This document shows, in pieces, positions 10,721 to 20,902 of a stretch of 64,000 nucleotides of DNA. The stretch covers positions 4,256,001-4,320,000 of the forward strand of contig CAWIAD010000002.1 in NCBI GenBank assembly GCA_963833985.1. Reading direction: 5' to 3'. The translations under genes were made by a program, and so were the position numbers. This DNA is from an uncultured Planctomycetaceae bacterium (GTDB taxonomy: Bacteria > Planctomycetota > Planctomycetia > Isosphaerales > Isosphaeraceae). The notes below the pieces were generated by a model that was not told the DNA's origin, did no database searches, and saw only the letters and a list, made by a program, of their open reading frames with translations. Position 1 is the stretch's first letter. Each line of letters begins with the position of its first letter.

Positions 10721-11036
10721 GCCGTCTCCCACTATCGCTCATGGCCTAGACTTGATCGGATGGAGTGGATGCCGGGTCCCGTGCGTCGCACGCTTGTCTC
10801 ATTGTGTGCGCTCGTGCATGTATACACTAGCAGGATTACTTGCAGAGATCTGGCCGGTTGGCTATCTTCATTTGCCAGAGACATTCAAGGCAGGTGGCCC
10901 GGAATCCCGCTGACTTGACTCCTCGTTGAATCCCACCTGAACGCATGGTTGCCCGGCCCGGCAAGCGCCGGGCGGTTTTCACTGGTTATCGTTGATGTGG
11001 TTCACAAACACTTCTTGCCGGTGAGGGTTTGACGCT

Positions 11037-12194
11037 TTGATGCGGAGTATCACGCTGATCATTCCGGCATCCGGGACGGAGTTGCCCGGAGATTCCGAGA
11101 TTAACGCGTATCACGGTGTGCTTGCGGAACTCGCCGATGGGGGGACCGTCGAGCTCGTGATTGCCGGGGAGACCACGTCGCCGTTGCCGGCCGACGTGAT
11201 CCATGTGTCCGGCCTGAACCGCGGTACCATATCCTCGGTTCGAGCCGCGCTGGAGGCAGCTTCCGGCGAACTGGTTGTCGTGGTGGATGCACGCAGAAGC
11301 TATCCCGCGGCAGCAATCAAGGAGGCCGTGACCGGTTTGCTGGCGTCTGACGCCGACCTGATGATCGCGGTGCCACGCCGGCAGCACGGGCGTTCCTGGC
11401 CCGGCGCGCTGGCCCGGCGCGGTCTGGGCGTGCTGAGCAAGGTTGTGCTCGGCACCTCCGACACGTTCTCGGGTCTACTGGTCATGTGGCGCGACCGGGT
11501 GAGTGAGCCTTCAAGTCTGCGCCACGCCAGCGGCTCATGGCTGGTTCTTGATGCGCTCACCTGGCCGGGGACTGTCCATCGCGATGTCGCGGTGGAGGCC
11601 GGGCCCACTGGCGGTGCGCGGTTGCTCCCCATCGAACTCGACGATTTCAAACAGCTCAAGCGGGTGCTGGACCACCGCTTTGGAATGATGTCTCGGCTGG
11701 TGCAGTTTTGCATGGTCGGGGCATCGGGCATGGTGGTGGACCTGTCGCTCTATGCCCTGCTCCAGTGGCTCTTCGCCCGCCTCTGGAGCACGGCCTCGGG
11801 GACACCCGCCATCGGCCTTTCCTGGCAGCTCGCCACGGCCGCGGCGCTCTCCATTTTCACGGCGATGGTCTGGAACTTCACACTCAACCGCAGGTTGACC
11901 TTCAATGACTCCCGGGGCGGATCCATCCTCCGCCAGTTCCTGACCTATGCCCTGGGCAATGCACTGGCAATCGCGGTGAACCTGTCGCTTCGACTCTACT
12001 TGCCGCACTCCGTCGGCTTCTTCGCGCGCCACCGCCTGGCGGCGGCAGTCGTTGGCATCGTGGTCGCGACCGGGATCAGCTTTTCGATGTCGCGCTGGAT
12101 CGTGTTCATACGCCGCCCCGCGGCCGCGGTACCGCTGGGCCGTGCTGCGCTGCCGGCCGGTCCGGTCCTGCACGAATCCGCCGTGCTCTCCTGA
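11037..12194 (+). CDS. degenerate GT2-like domain fused to GtrA-like flippase domain
   Basis: C-terminal QFCMVGASGMVVDL, WNFTLNRRLTF (GtrA); N-terminal GLEAASGELVVVVDA-like GT2 remnant. Confidence 0.8.
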   Translation: MMRSITLIIPASGTELPGDSEINAYHGVLAELADGGTVELVIAGETTSPLPADVIHVSGLNRGTISSVRAALEAASGELVVVVDARRSYPAAAIKEAVTGLLASDADLMIAVPRRQHGRSWPGALARRGLGVLSKVVLGTSDTFSGLLVMWRDRVSEPSSLRHASGSWLVLDALTWPGTVHRDVAVEAGPTGGARLLPIELDDFKQLKRVLDHRFGMMSRLVQFCMVGASGMVVDLSLYALLQWLFARLWSTASGTPAIGLSWQLATAAALSIFTAMVWNFTLNRRLTFNDSRGGSILRQFLTYALGNALAIAVNLSLRLYLPHSVGFFARHRLAAAVVGIVVATGISFSMSRWIVFIRRPAAAVPLGRAALPAGPVLHESAVLS

Positions 12195-12385
12195 AACGCC
12201 GCGCTGCATCCCGGTGCTCGTCGTCCCCGACACCAGGAAACCCCGCGATAGGGCGGTCGGGTGCCCGGCCACGCTTGCCTTTACTTGTCAAGCAGCGATT
12301 CCGATAATCAAAGAGCGTCCGGTCCGTGAGCGATCGCGCCGCTCGTTACCGGAGCGTCGACGGGATCGCCCCCAGGAAATCGATC

Positions 12386-13801
12386 ATGAGCACAACGGAA
12401 ACCGAAGCGTCAACTCACGCAGCACCGTCCCCGGCAACTCTGACAGCGACCGCGACATCCCACGATTCCTCGACCAGCCGATCCTGGCTGCGTCCGCTCA
12501 TCTTTCTGGCCGTCATCGCGGCCGCTTCCGGCGGGGGATATTATTACCTGACGGCCGGGGGAACCAGGCCGCTCGATGTCCGGCACCTGGTGGATTCCGC
12601 GCTCCAGCTCGTGAACCCGGGCAAGCACAAGGAGGCCACCAGCGGCCCGGTTGAAGTCAAGGAACGCACGCCCTGGGACGGCCTGGTAAAGATTGATGAT
12701 CCCCAGGCCAGGACACTCGGCCTGGAATCTGTGCAGGTCCTGGCACAGAAGCAGCCGCTCCGGCTGGAACTCACCGGGCGGACCGCCTACGATCCGAACT
12801 CGCTGGCCAAGGTCCGCGCCCGGTTTGACACCCTGGTCGAGAAGGTACACGCCGAGCTGGGCCAGCTCATTCACAAGGGCGATGCCCTCGTGGACATGAA
12901 CAGCGTGGACCTCGCTGCGGCCAAGAACGACCTTCAAGCCAAGTACGTCCAGTGGCAGCGCGACCTGCGAGTTCTCAAGCTGCACGAGGCGCTCACGGTC
13001 TCCGGCGCGGTCTCTCAGCAGACTTACATTGACGACAAGAACGCGGAGAACAAGAGCAAGCTGGACTATTACCAGGCACGCGAGAAGCTGAAGATCCTCG
13101 CGGTGCCCGACGCGGACGTTGATCCCCTGATCCACAACCTGGGCGATCTGCCGAATATTGGATCGCCTCCCGAGATCATCGCCGACAAGGCCAAGATGAC
13201 GCTCCGCTCGCGAGTCGACGGCATCGTCATCCAGCGCGAGGTCGTGCCCGGCAATTACTACGACGACATGGACGTTCTGATGGTCATCGCGCCCATTGAC
13301 CACCTCTGGGTTCTGGCCAACGTGTACGAGGTGGACCAGGCCAAGGTCGCTGTCGGCCAGCAGCTGGAGATCCGCTTCCCGTTCTTGCAGCAAACGCTTC
13401 AAGCCACTGTCGAGTACGTCTCCAGCGAGGTGTCGCGTGAGACCCGTGCCGTGCAGATACGGGCCTCGATTCCGAACCTGGGTGGAAAGCTGAAGTCGGA
13501 CATGCTCGTGAAGGTCGTGCTGCAAATACCGCCCCTGAAAGGCCAGACGGTGATTCCCCGGCTGGCCCTGGTCGTGATCAACGGAACTGAGTATGTGTTC
13601 GTCAAGAAGAATTCCGGGAAGTCGAGCACCGTGGGGATGTTCGAGCGCAGGAAGGTGTCCGTTGCGCAGGAGAATAGCGATTTCGTGGTCATCGCCTCCG
13701 GCCTGGAGGCAGGCGAGTACGTTGCGACCAGCGGTAGTTTGATGCTGGCCCAACTTTACGAAGACCTCCAGATGGTGGACACCGGCCTGCCCGTCGAGTG
13801 A
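12386..13801 (+). CDS. RND efflux periplasmic adaptor (CzcB/CusB-like MFP)
   Basis: N-terminal TM; LRSRVDGIVIQR, LWVLANVYE.D, ETRAVQIRASIPN..GKLK.DM, SGLEAGE.VATSGS. Confidence 0.88.
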   Translation: MSTTETEASTHAAPSPATLTATATSHDSSTSRSWLRPLIFLAVIAAASGGGYYYLTAGGTRPLDVRHLVDSALQLVNPGKHKEATSGPVEVKERTPWDGLVKIDDPQARTLGLESVQVLAQKQPLRLELTGRTAYDPNSLAKVRARFDTLVEKVHAELGQLIHKGDALVDMNSVDLAAAKNDLQAKYVQWQRDLRVLKLHEALTVSGAVSQQTYIDDKNAENKSKLDYYQAREKLKILAVPDADVDPLIHNLGDLPNIGSPPEIIADKAKMTLRSRVDGIVIQREVVPGNYYDDMDVLMVIAPIDHLWVLANVYEVDQAKVAVGQQLEIRFPFLQQTLQATVEYVSSEVSRETRAVQIRASIPNLGGKLKSDMLVKVVLQIPPLKGQTVIPRLALVVINGTEYVFVKKNSGKSSTVGMFERRKVSVAQENSDFVVIASGLEAGEYVATSGSLMLAQLYEDLQMVDTGLPVE

Positions 13802-13896
13802 ACCGGCAGGGGGCAGGTGAGCCTCCGCCTCGCGGGAGGCCAGATTCGCCGATCGTGGCGCCGTCCGGCAGGATTGCCGGCCGCTTGACCTCCTGT

Positions 13897-13925
13897 TTGA
13901 CCCGCCACTTCCCGCGGAGTACCAT
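13897..13925 (+). promoter_or_regulatory. putative sigma70 promoter
   Basis: TTGACC-N17-TACCAT upstream of the 14014 CDS. Confidence 0.5.
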
Positions 13926-14013
13926 CCGGTCAGGAGAACCATGCTGAAACCCTTTGACATGCGCCTTGCTGTTCCCAGTCTCTTGGGTCCCTGTGACGAA
14001 AGGGGTTTGTGCC

Positions 14014-14337
14014 ATGCCTCTATATGAGGTGGAAACCACGTCCCATATCATGATCGCGTGTGCGGATGACGCGGACGCCGCCCGGGATTTCGCAGCGACG
14101 AACTACCCGGCCGAAGAGATCCTGCACGTGACACACCGCCCGCGCGACGCCTGGGTGATCTCGAAAAAGCTGCTGGGAATTCAGGCCGACGCCGACCTCT
14201 GCCAGACCGCGCGTGACTGTCTGGCCCGGGCTTCCGGCGATAAATTGCACGCCGTCCGCCTGTACATGCAGGCGACCGGGACTGACCTCGATGGAGCCAG
14301 GAAGGCCGTTGAATCGAACATGTCGCGGGGCTGGTGA
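14014..14337 (+). CDS. small conserved hypothetical protein (planctomycete-type) with L7/L12-CTD-like tail
   Basis: RBS AAGGGG; MPLYEVETTSHIMI...HRPRDAWVISK...GDKLHAVRLYMQATGTDLDGARKAVE. Confidence 0.7.
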   Translation: MPLYEVETTSHIMIACADDADAARDFAATNYPAEEILHVTHRPRDAWVISKKLLGIQADADLCQTARDCLARASGDKLHAVRLYMQATGTDLDGARKAVESNMSRGW

Positions 14338-14667
14338 ACGCGCTTTCTGGCGGTTCAAGTCCGGGGCCTCGTCGCCGTGGCCCTGGTGAGGCAAGGCCGT
14401 TTCTTGCGCACCTGGTGCAGGTGCCGGTGCAGGAGCGCGGCACGCTGGATCCCCGCGCATGAGCGCACGGCATCCGGAGGTCTGGCATGGCCGAGCGGTT
14501 CGGCTCGGAGCGCCTGGCGGCATCATCGCCATCTTCTCGCCCTGAGGTGAAAGTTGGTGTACGATACGATCAGTGAAGACAGGCACAGGCCTGGAACGTG
14601 CTGGTGACTGTCACCATGGCGTGTTCACCAACTTTCCCCACCAAGTGACGAGCGAAGGAGCGGTTCC

Positions 14668-15954
14668 ATGCCTCGGGTCGTGTCGCTGATCCTGGGCGGA
14701 GGGCGGGGTACTCGTCTGTTTCCGCTCACCAAGTCGCGCAGCAAGCCGGCCGTGCCGATTGCCGGGAAATATCGGCTCATTGATATTCCCGTGTCGAACT
14801 GCATCCACTCTGGTCTGAACCGTATCTTCGTACTGACACAGTTCAACTCTGTGAGCCTGCATCGACACATTTACACAACCTACAAGTTCGACCCGTTTTC
14901 CGGCGGTTTCGTGGAGATCCTGGCTGCGCAGCAGACCATGCAGCACGAGTCCTGGTATCAGGGCACTGCCGATGCCGTGCGCCGCAACATCCCTTACTTC
15001 ACGGACAAATCATATCAGCTTGTGCTGATTCTGTCGGGAGACCAGCTTTACCGGATGAATTTCCAGGAGATGATCCGCACGCACCTGGAGAACAGGGCCG
15101 TGGTCACGATCGCCGCCCTGCCGGTTGCCGAGGCGGAGGCAAAGGCGTGCGGCATCATGCGCATCCAGGCCGACGGCCGGGTGATCGACTTCGAGGAGAA
15201 GCCGAAGACGCAGGAGAAACTCGGCCGCGTCCGAACCGATATCGCCTGGCTGGAGCGACTGGGGCTGAAAGCCAGCGGCCGGCCCTACCTCGCCAGCATG
15301 GGGATCTACCTGTTCAACGCCAGCACGCTCGTGGAACTGCTGGAATCGAGCGATGCCACCGATTTCGGCCACGAGATCCTGCCCCAGACAATCGCCAACC
15401 AGCGTGTGCAGGCCCACCTTTTTGACGGCTACTGGGAAGACATCGGTACGGTGGGGGCGTTCCACCAGGCGAACATCGATCTGACGCACGACGTTCCCTC
15501 GTTCGATTTCACTTATGGCGAGCAGCCGATCTTCACAAGGCCAAGGTATCTTCCCTGCTCGCGCATCGGCGGCGCCGTCGTCAAGAACAGCCTCATCTGC
15601 GACGGCTGCATCATCGGCCGCGGGACGTTGATCGAGAACTCCGTGATCGGCGTCCGGTCCATCATCGGCGGCAACACCACCATCCGCGATTCCTACCTCA
15701 TGGGTACCGACTACTACGAACAATCCGACGAGCTCGCGGAGAACGAGCGTCTGGGGAGGCCCGCCGCCGGCATCGGTGCGGGATCGGTGATCGAGCGGGC
15801 CATCATCGACAAGAACTCACGCGTGGGCCGCAATGTCCGGGTGATCAACGATACGGGCATTGTGGACTCGGAGGAGACGGCCACGCACGTGATCCGCGAC
15901 GGGGTGACGGTCATCCCCAAGGGCGCAGCCCTGCGCGACGGACTGGTCATCTGA
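14668..15954 (+). CDS. glgC: glucose-1-phosphate adenylyltransferase
   Basis: ILGGGRGTRLFPLT..RSKPAVP..GKYRLID, TQFNS.SL.RH, WYQGTADAV, ASMGIY, YWEDIGT. Confidence 0.97.
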   Translation: MPRVVSLILGGGRGTRLFPLTKSRSKPAVPIAGKYRLIDIPVSNCIHSGLNRIFVLTQFNSVSLHRHIYTTYKFDPFSGGFVEILAAQQTMQHESWYQGTADAVRRNIPYFTDKSYQLVLILSGDQLYRMNFQEMIRTHLENRAVVTIAALPVAEAEAKACGIMRIQADGRVIDFEEKPKTQEKLGRVRTDIAWLERLGLKASGRPYLASMGIYLFNASTLVELLESSDATDFGHEILPQTIANQRVQAHLFDGYWEDIGTVGAFHQANIDLTHDVPSFDFTYGEQPIFTRPRYLPCSRIGGAVVKNSLICDGCIIGRGTLIENSVIGVRSIIGGNTTIRDSYLMGTDYYEQSDELAENERLGRPAAGIGAGSVIERAIIDKNSRVGRNVRVINDTGIVDSEETATHVIRDGVTVIPKGAALRDGLVI

Positions 15955-15993
15955 TTCCACCGTCGGGCAATCACCCAAAGCACCGGAGAGACC

Positions 15994-17013
15994 ATGTCCA
16001 TGAGCGAGCGGGCCATTCGCGTCAAGGAATTGCGCAAGCAATACCCGGGCCGCGATGGCCCGGTTCATGCGGTCAACGGTATCGACCTGGAGATCGACGT
16101 CGGCGAGTGCTTCGGGCTGCTGGGACCCAACGGCGCCGGCAAGACGACGACCGTCGAGATTCTCGAAGGGCTGAACCAGCCGACCTCGGGCGAGGTCGAG
16201 GTGCTGGGACTGAACTGGGCCCGAGCCGACACCGCGATCCGGGAACGCATCGGCGTGACACTCCAGGAGACCCGGTTCCCCGACAAGGAGACGGTGCACG
16301 AGCTGCTCGTGGTCTTTCGCAGCTTTTACCGATCGGGGCTGAACGTCGCTGACGCCATCGCGCGGGTCTCGCTGGAGAGCAAGGCGAACGCCCTCGTCGA
16401 GCAGCTCTCCGGCGGCCAGCAGCAAAGGCTGGCAGTTGCCATCGCTCTGGTGGGCGACCCCGAGCTGCTCTTCCTGGACGAGCCCACGACAGGGCTGGAC
16501 CCGCAATCCCGCCGCCAGCTCTGGGAGGTCATCCGCGACCTGCGCGACCGTGAGCGAACCGTGCTCCTGACCACGCATTACATGGACGAAGCCGAGCGGC
16601 TCTGCGACCGCGTGGCCATCATCGACCAGGGCAAGATCATCGCGCTGGGTTCGCCTCGAGAGCTGATCGCCCGGCTGGGAGGCGACCATATCGTCGAGTT
16701 CGCGATCGACGGCGACGGCGTCGCACTCAAGCCCGCCATCTTCTCGGGCCTGGACTCCGTGCTCTCGTCACGGGCCGAAAACGAGGGTTTCGCGCTGACG
16801 GTCGCCGAGCCGCATCGAGCGATCCCCGCGCTGCTCGACGAGCTCGAGAACCTGAGACGGCCGCTGGCGCGCCTGACCACCCGCCACGTCAGCCTGGAGG
16901 ACGTCTTCGTGTCGCTCACCGGCAGGCATCTCCGCGACGACGGCATCGAGGAGACGCGCGGCCTGAGCCTCGGGGGCCGACGCAGAAAGAACCGGAGCCG
17001 GCCCACCTCCTGA
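15994..17013 (+). CDS. ABC-2 type exporter ATP-binding subunit
   Basis: GPNGAGKTT, LSGGQQQR, LFLDEPTTGLD, TTHYMDEAERLCD. Confidence 0.95.
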   Translation: MSMSERAIRVKELRKQYPGRDGPVHAVNGIDLEIDVGECFGLLGPNGAGKTTTVEILEGLNQPTSGEVEVLGLNWARADTAIRERIGVTLQETRFPDKETVHELLVVFRSFYRSGLNVADAIARVSLESKANALVEQLSGGQQQRLAVAIALVGDPELLFLDEPTTGLDPQSRRQLWEVIRDLRDRERTVLLTTHYMDEAERLCDRVAIIDQGKIIALGSPRELIARLGGDHIVEFAIDGDGVALKPAIFSGLDSVLSSRAENEGFALTVAEPHRAIPALLDELENLRRPLARLTTRHVSLEDVFVSLTGRHLRDDGIEETRGLSLGGRRRKNRSRPTS

Positions 17014-17055
17014 GTTCTTGTTGGAGTGCGCTCGAAGCCCGTGCCTCCATGAACG

Positions 17056-18192
17056 GTGCAACGTCCTTCTTCCCCGAGAGTTCCTGGAATGCTGCGCAAT
17101 TCTCCGTTCTTCCAGCTCTATCTAGCCCGTCTGCGCGAGTTCTGGCGACAGCCCGCGCGCATCTTCTGGGTGTATGGGTTTCCGACCCTGCTGGCCGTGG
17201 TCCTGGGCTACGCCTTCCAGAACCGCCCTCCCGCGCCGATTCAGGTCGACCTGGTGGACGGGCCCGGCTCAGCCGCCTTCACGGAGGCAATCCGGATTCA
17301 CAACGATCGTCTCGCCGCGAGCAGTGGTTCCACCGGTGACCCGCGAACCACCATCCTGCCCCCGGTTTCCTTGACGGTGAGCGGCAAGGATCTGGCGGAC
17401 CGGCGGCTGGACACGGGCAAGACGGTCCTGGAGATCATTCCCGCGAGCGCCACGGAGTGGTCTTACCGCTACGATCCCACGCGGCCGGAAGCCACCGCGG
17501 CGCGGCAGGTCATCGACGATATCCTCCAGGAGGCCGCCGGCCGCCAGAATCCACGGCAGCCCAGCGATATCCAGGTGACCGAGCCGGGAACCCGCTACAT
17601 CGATCGCCTCATTCCAGGACTGATCGGTGTCAACGCCATGGGCGGCGGTCTCTGGGGGATCGGCTTCTTTCTGGTGAACCTGAGGATCGGCAAGTTGCTC
17701 AAGTGCTTCATTGCCACCCCGATGCCCCGGCGCGATTTCCTGGGCGCGATCCTCGCCTCCCGGCTCACGTTCCTGATCCCCGACGTGTCAATCTTGCTGC
17801 TACTGGGGGTGCTCGCCTTCCACATGCCGACGCGGGGCAATTTGCTGCTCTTCTTTCTGATTGATGTCATCGGCGCACTGGCTTTCGCCGGCATCGGCCT
17901 GCTGGTCGCCAGCCGGGCCACCACGACCGAGACCGTGAGCGGCCTCATGAACCTGGTGATGCTGCCGATGTACCTGCTCTCCGGCGTGTTCTTCGCCACG
18001 GAGAACTTCGGCAAGGCCGCCCAGCCGTTCATCCAGGCCCTGCCGCTCACCCAGCTCGTCAGCGCTCTTCGGCTCGTGCTGCTGGAGGGCGCCGACCTGT
18101 TCCACCATGACATCCTCAAGGCGATTGCCATTCTGCTGGCCTGGGCCTTCGGCACGTTCTACCTGGCCCTGCGGCTGTTCCGCTGGAACTGA
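17056..18192 (+). CDS. ABC-2 type exporter permease
   Basis: REFWRQP..IFW, RYID.LIPGLIG, LLSGVFF, LPLTQLVSALR; start may be ATG 17089. Confidence 0.9.
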   Translation: MQRPSSPRVPGMLRNSPFFQLYLARLREFWRQPARIFWVYGFPTLLAVVLGYAFQNRPPAPIQVDLVDGPGSAAFTEAIRIHNDRLAASSGSTGDPRTTILPPVSLTVSGKDLADRRLDTGKTVLEIIPASATEWSYRYDPTRPEATAARQVIDDILQEAAGRQNPRQPSDIQVTEPGTRYIDRLIPGLIGVNAMGGGLWGIGFFLVNLRIGKLLKCFIATPMPRRDFLGAILASRLTFLIPDVSILLLLGVLAFHMPTRGNLLLFFLIDVIGALAFAGIGLLVASRATTTETVSGLMNLVMLPMYLLSGVFFATENFGKAAQPFIQALPLTQLVSALRLVLLEGADLFHHDILKAIAILLAWAFGTFYLALRLFRWN

Positions 18193-18876
18193 ACGCGTCT
18201 CGGTCTCGCTGTCGGTACGAGATGTTCGGAATTGCGGAGCCGTGAGCACGCGGTTCAGGTCATGCCACCATCCCGACGGAAAGCTTGTGGCCGCGAGCGG
18301 CGGTACATCCACCTCGCACAGCAGGTGGCCCAGGAACGTCGCCTTGGCCAGGATCTCCACGTCGAGGAACGAGGATCGAGATTGCAGGGGGATCGCGCAG
18401 AGCTGCTTCCGCCGGTGCAAACGGCAGGGCGAATGGATGTCGAGGACGGGAACGGCGAAGACGAGTTTCCGCGGCAGGCTCCCCAGCCAGCGGAAGACGC
18501 CCGTCCATCCTCCGGCCGGGCGCTTGCCGACGACATGATCGGAGCGGTCGATGGCCTCGAGCAGAGGTCCCAGATGCCCGGGAGAGAATGGCTCGCCGGC
18601 CGTCGTGATCAGGACCAGCGGGTGTGCCGCCTGGCCCAGCGCGGAGCGTAGCGCATCGCTCAGCCGTGAGGCGGCGTCGCTCATGTCGATCGTCAGGGCA
18701 TCCGCGGGCCTGCCCATCGAACGCAGCTGAGTGATGATGGACGTCACGATCGCGTCCGCACTTTCGCCCGGTAGCGTGGTCAGCAGCAAGACCTGAACAC
18801 CGGCATCGCTCACCGGGTCGCGGTGGATGTGGGCGGAGTAGGGATCGGCGGGGTCGAACGTCTCTTCCTCGCTCAT
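17800..18876 (-). CDS. degenerate GT2-like protein; C-terminal ORF extension overlaps the permease antisense
   Basis: DHVVGKR, FAVPVLDIHSPCRLHRR, IPLQS.SSFLDVEILAKATFLG; translationally coupled to upstream dat. Confidence 0.6.
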   Translation of the reverse strand: MSEEETFDPADPYSAHIHRDPVSDAGVQVLLLTTLPGESADAIVTSIITQLRSMGRPADALTIDMSDAASRLSDALRSALGQAAHPLVLITTAGEPFSPGHLGPLLEAIDRSDHVVGKRPAGGWTGVFRWLGSLPRKLVFAVPVLDIHSPCRLHRRKQLCAIPLQSRSSFLDVEILAKATFLGHLLCEVDVPPLAATSFPSGWWHDLNRVLTAPQFRTSRTDSETETRSVPAEQPQGQVERAEGPGQQNGNRLEDVMVEQVGALQQHEPKSADELGERQGLDERLGGLAEVLRGEEHAGEQVHRQHHQVHEAAHGLGRGGPAGDQQADAGESQCADDINQKEEQQIAPRRHVEGEHPQ

Positions 18877-19778
18877 TCAGCCTCCCAGAGCCGGCTCACC
18901 CGCCCGGGAGCTGCGAGGGCCGCCGGCCAGCCAGTCGCGCACGGCCGTCCGGTAAGCGGCTTGAAGTCTGCCGCGATCGCCCCGGGCTTGCCCGAGCCGA
19001 TGGGAACGGCATCCAGCGCGATGACCGAGAGCACCTCCGTGGTCGTGGCCACCAGGAGGAGCTCGTCGACGGCCCGCAGGTCTTCCAGCGTCACCACGGC
19101 GGTGGCAAATGGGAACTTCATTGCATCGACCAGGCGGAGGACGAGCTGCCGGGTCATTCCCGGCAGGATCTCATGACCTTCTGGCGTTGCCTCCATGCGC
19201 CCCTGCCTGACCCAGAGTAGCGAGGTGTGAGTCGCTTCGGTCACGTGGCCGCGGTCGTCGAAAAGCACCGCCTCGTAAGCGCCGGCGCGGTGCGCGGCCT
19301 CGATTGCCAGGACGTTTGGCAGCAGGTTCGTGGACTTGATGTCACACCGCTTCCAGCGCAGGTCGGGATGGCTGATCATCGGCACGCCGGTCTCGCGCAG
19401 CCGCGCGGTGGGCTCGTCGTCGTACGGCCGGACGATGATCACCTCGGTGGGAGGGACCGGCGGCTGGGGGAAAGGATGCGACCGCGGCGCGACGCCGCGG
19501 GTGATCTGGATGTAGAGCGTTCCGTCCTGGACCTGGCTCGCGGCAATTGTCTTGTAGGCCCGCTTCATCAACGCCACAAGGTCAAGAGGTGGAAATTCGA
19601 GCTCACCCAGGCTGCGTTTCAGCCGCGCCAGGTGTTCGTCTTCCAGCCAGCATCGGCCTTCGTAGAGCCGGAAGACTTCGTAGACCGAGTCGCCGAAGAC
19701 GAAGCCCCGGTCCCAGACCGAGACCCTGGCCTCCTCGACCGGCATGATGGCACCATTGAGGCAGGCCAGAACACGCAT
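18873..19778 (-). CDS. class IV aminotransferase (D-amino-acid aminotransferase-like); -1 frameshift near 18970
   Basis: DRGFVFGDSVYEV, YIQITRG.APRSH, RW.RCDIKSTNLLPNVL, ILPGMTR; alternative frame gives RLQAAYRTAVRDWL*. Confidence 0.88.
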   Translation of the reverse strand: MRVLACLNGAIMPVEEARVSVWDRGFVFGDSVYEVFRLYEGRCWLEDEHLARLKRSLGELEFPPLDLVALMKRAYKTIAASQVQDGTLYIQITRGVAPRSHPFPQPPVPPTEVIIVRPYDDEPTARLRETGVPMISHPDLRWKRCDIKSTNLLPNVLAIEAAHRAGAYEAVLFDDRGHVTEATHTSLLWVRQGRMEATPEGHEILPGMTRQLVLRLVDAMKFPFATAVVTLEDLRAVDELLLVATTTEVLSVIALDAVPIGSGKPGAIAADFKPLTGRPCATGWPAALAAPGRVSRLWEAE

Positions 19779-19972
19779 CGCTCACGGTCCTTTCCTTTCC
19801 ATGGGAAGCCGCGGACCGTCACGGGGGGACCGCATTCCGCCAGGATAATCGTCGCGGCCTGGTCGGGGCAATGAGCGCGAACCCGGCGGCCGTGGAGCGC
19901 AAAGAAAAATCCTGCTCTCCCCAGGGGCGGAAGAGCAGGATGCCCAGATCATGCCAGGTTAGACCGTGCAGC

Positions 19973-20413
19973 TCAGCTTGCCGAGATGGAGTTGCTGATC
20001 GGATTGATGTCCGGCAGTGTCTGGATGCCGGAGCTCGTATCGTAGCCCTGATCGGTGTACACCACCGTGTACGCCCCGTAGCCGGCCGAGGCACCGGTGC
20101 GAGTCAGGGTCAGGGTCCAGGTGTTCTGCGTCGCGTTCACCGTTCCCACGCTGAAGTAAGCAGGAGTCGGATACTGGATGTCGAGCAACGAGATGTCACT
20201 GGAGTACTGACCGTACTGAGCGAGGTAGCGCTCCTGGGATGACCGGACGGCCGAGAGGTACGAGAAGGCTTCAGCGGCTTTCGACCGCTCGACCGACTTG
20301 AGGAAACGAGGCACGCCGAAGGCGGCCAGAACGCCGATGATGACGATCACGACCGCGAGTTCAACGAGGGTGAAGCCCTTGCGGGTCTTCGATCTGGACC
20401 AGAACCGATTCAT
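19973..20413 (-). CDS. type IV pilin-like protein (PilE/PilA-type)
   Basis: Prepilin site KG|FTLVELAVVIVIIGVLAAFGVPRF; SQERY...GQY. Confidence 0.88.
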   Translation of the reverse strand: MNRFWSRSKTRKGFTLVELAVVIVIIGVLAAFGVPRFLKSVERSKAAEAFSYLSAVRSSQERYLAQYGQYSSDISLLDIQYPTPAYFSVGTVNATQNTWTLTLTRTGASAGYGAYTVVYTDQGYDTSSGIQTLPDINPISNSISAS

Positions 20414-20902
20414 GCGCGATGCTCCCGACAAGACGACATGTTGCGAATTCGCCGAACCGGCGCGAGACGGTGTTTCCTCGCTCTTTCAGAGGCTGTCCGG
20501 GTTGACCGCTCCTCCAGGGCCGCTCGTCATGAGCACCCCGTCCAGAGGTTATCTCGAAACATCCATTGATAAGTGTTCTCGAGGTGACGATCGCATCGAA
20601 CGCGTCTGCTCGTACACCCGGGTCAGAGAGGAATCTCCCCGACGTGACTGTGACTGCCTCCCGAAGAGTCCCGAAAAAACCGTGCCGCCTCCTGCCTTGC
20701 TAATCGGAGGCGTCGCCGCCCCGGCGTACGACTCGCCGGAGACAATAGAACTCTAGGACACATTCCCAGCACCCGGTGAAAACCATGATGCGAGCCCGCA
20801 ACCAATGGAGATTGATGACACCATAGGCAGGAACGGCAGCCCCGCTCGCAAGTCGGGGCCGCCCTGGTGAGGGGCTCATTCTGGCTCGTGCGAGCCGCAG
20901 AC

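Noticed and set aside
20670..20690. Possible sigma54 site upstream of the pilin (CGGCACGGTTTTTCG-like, minus strand)
   Set aside because: The invariant -12 GC is missing.
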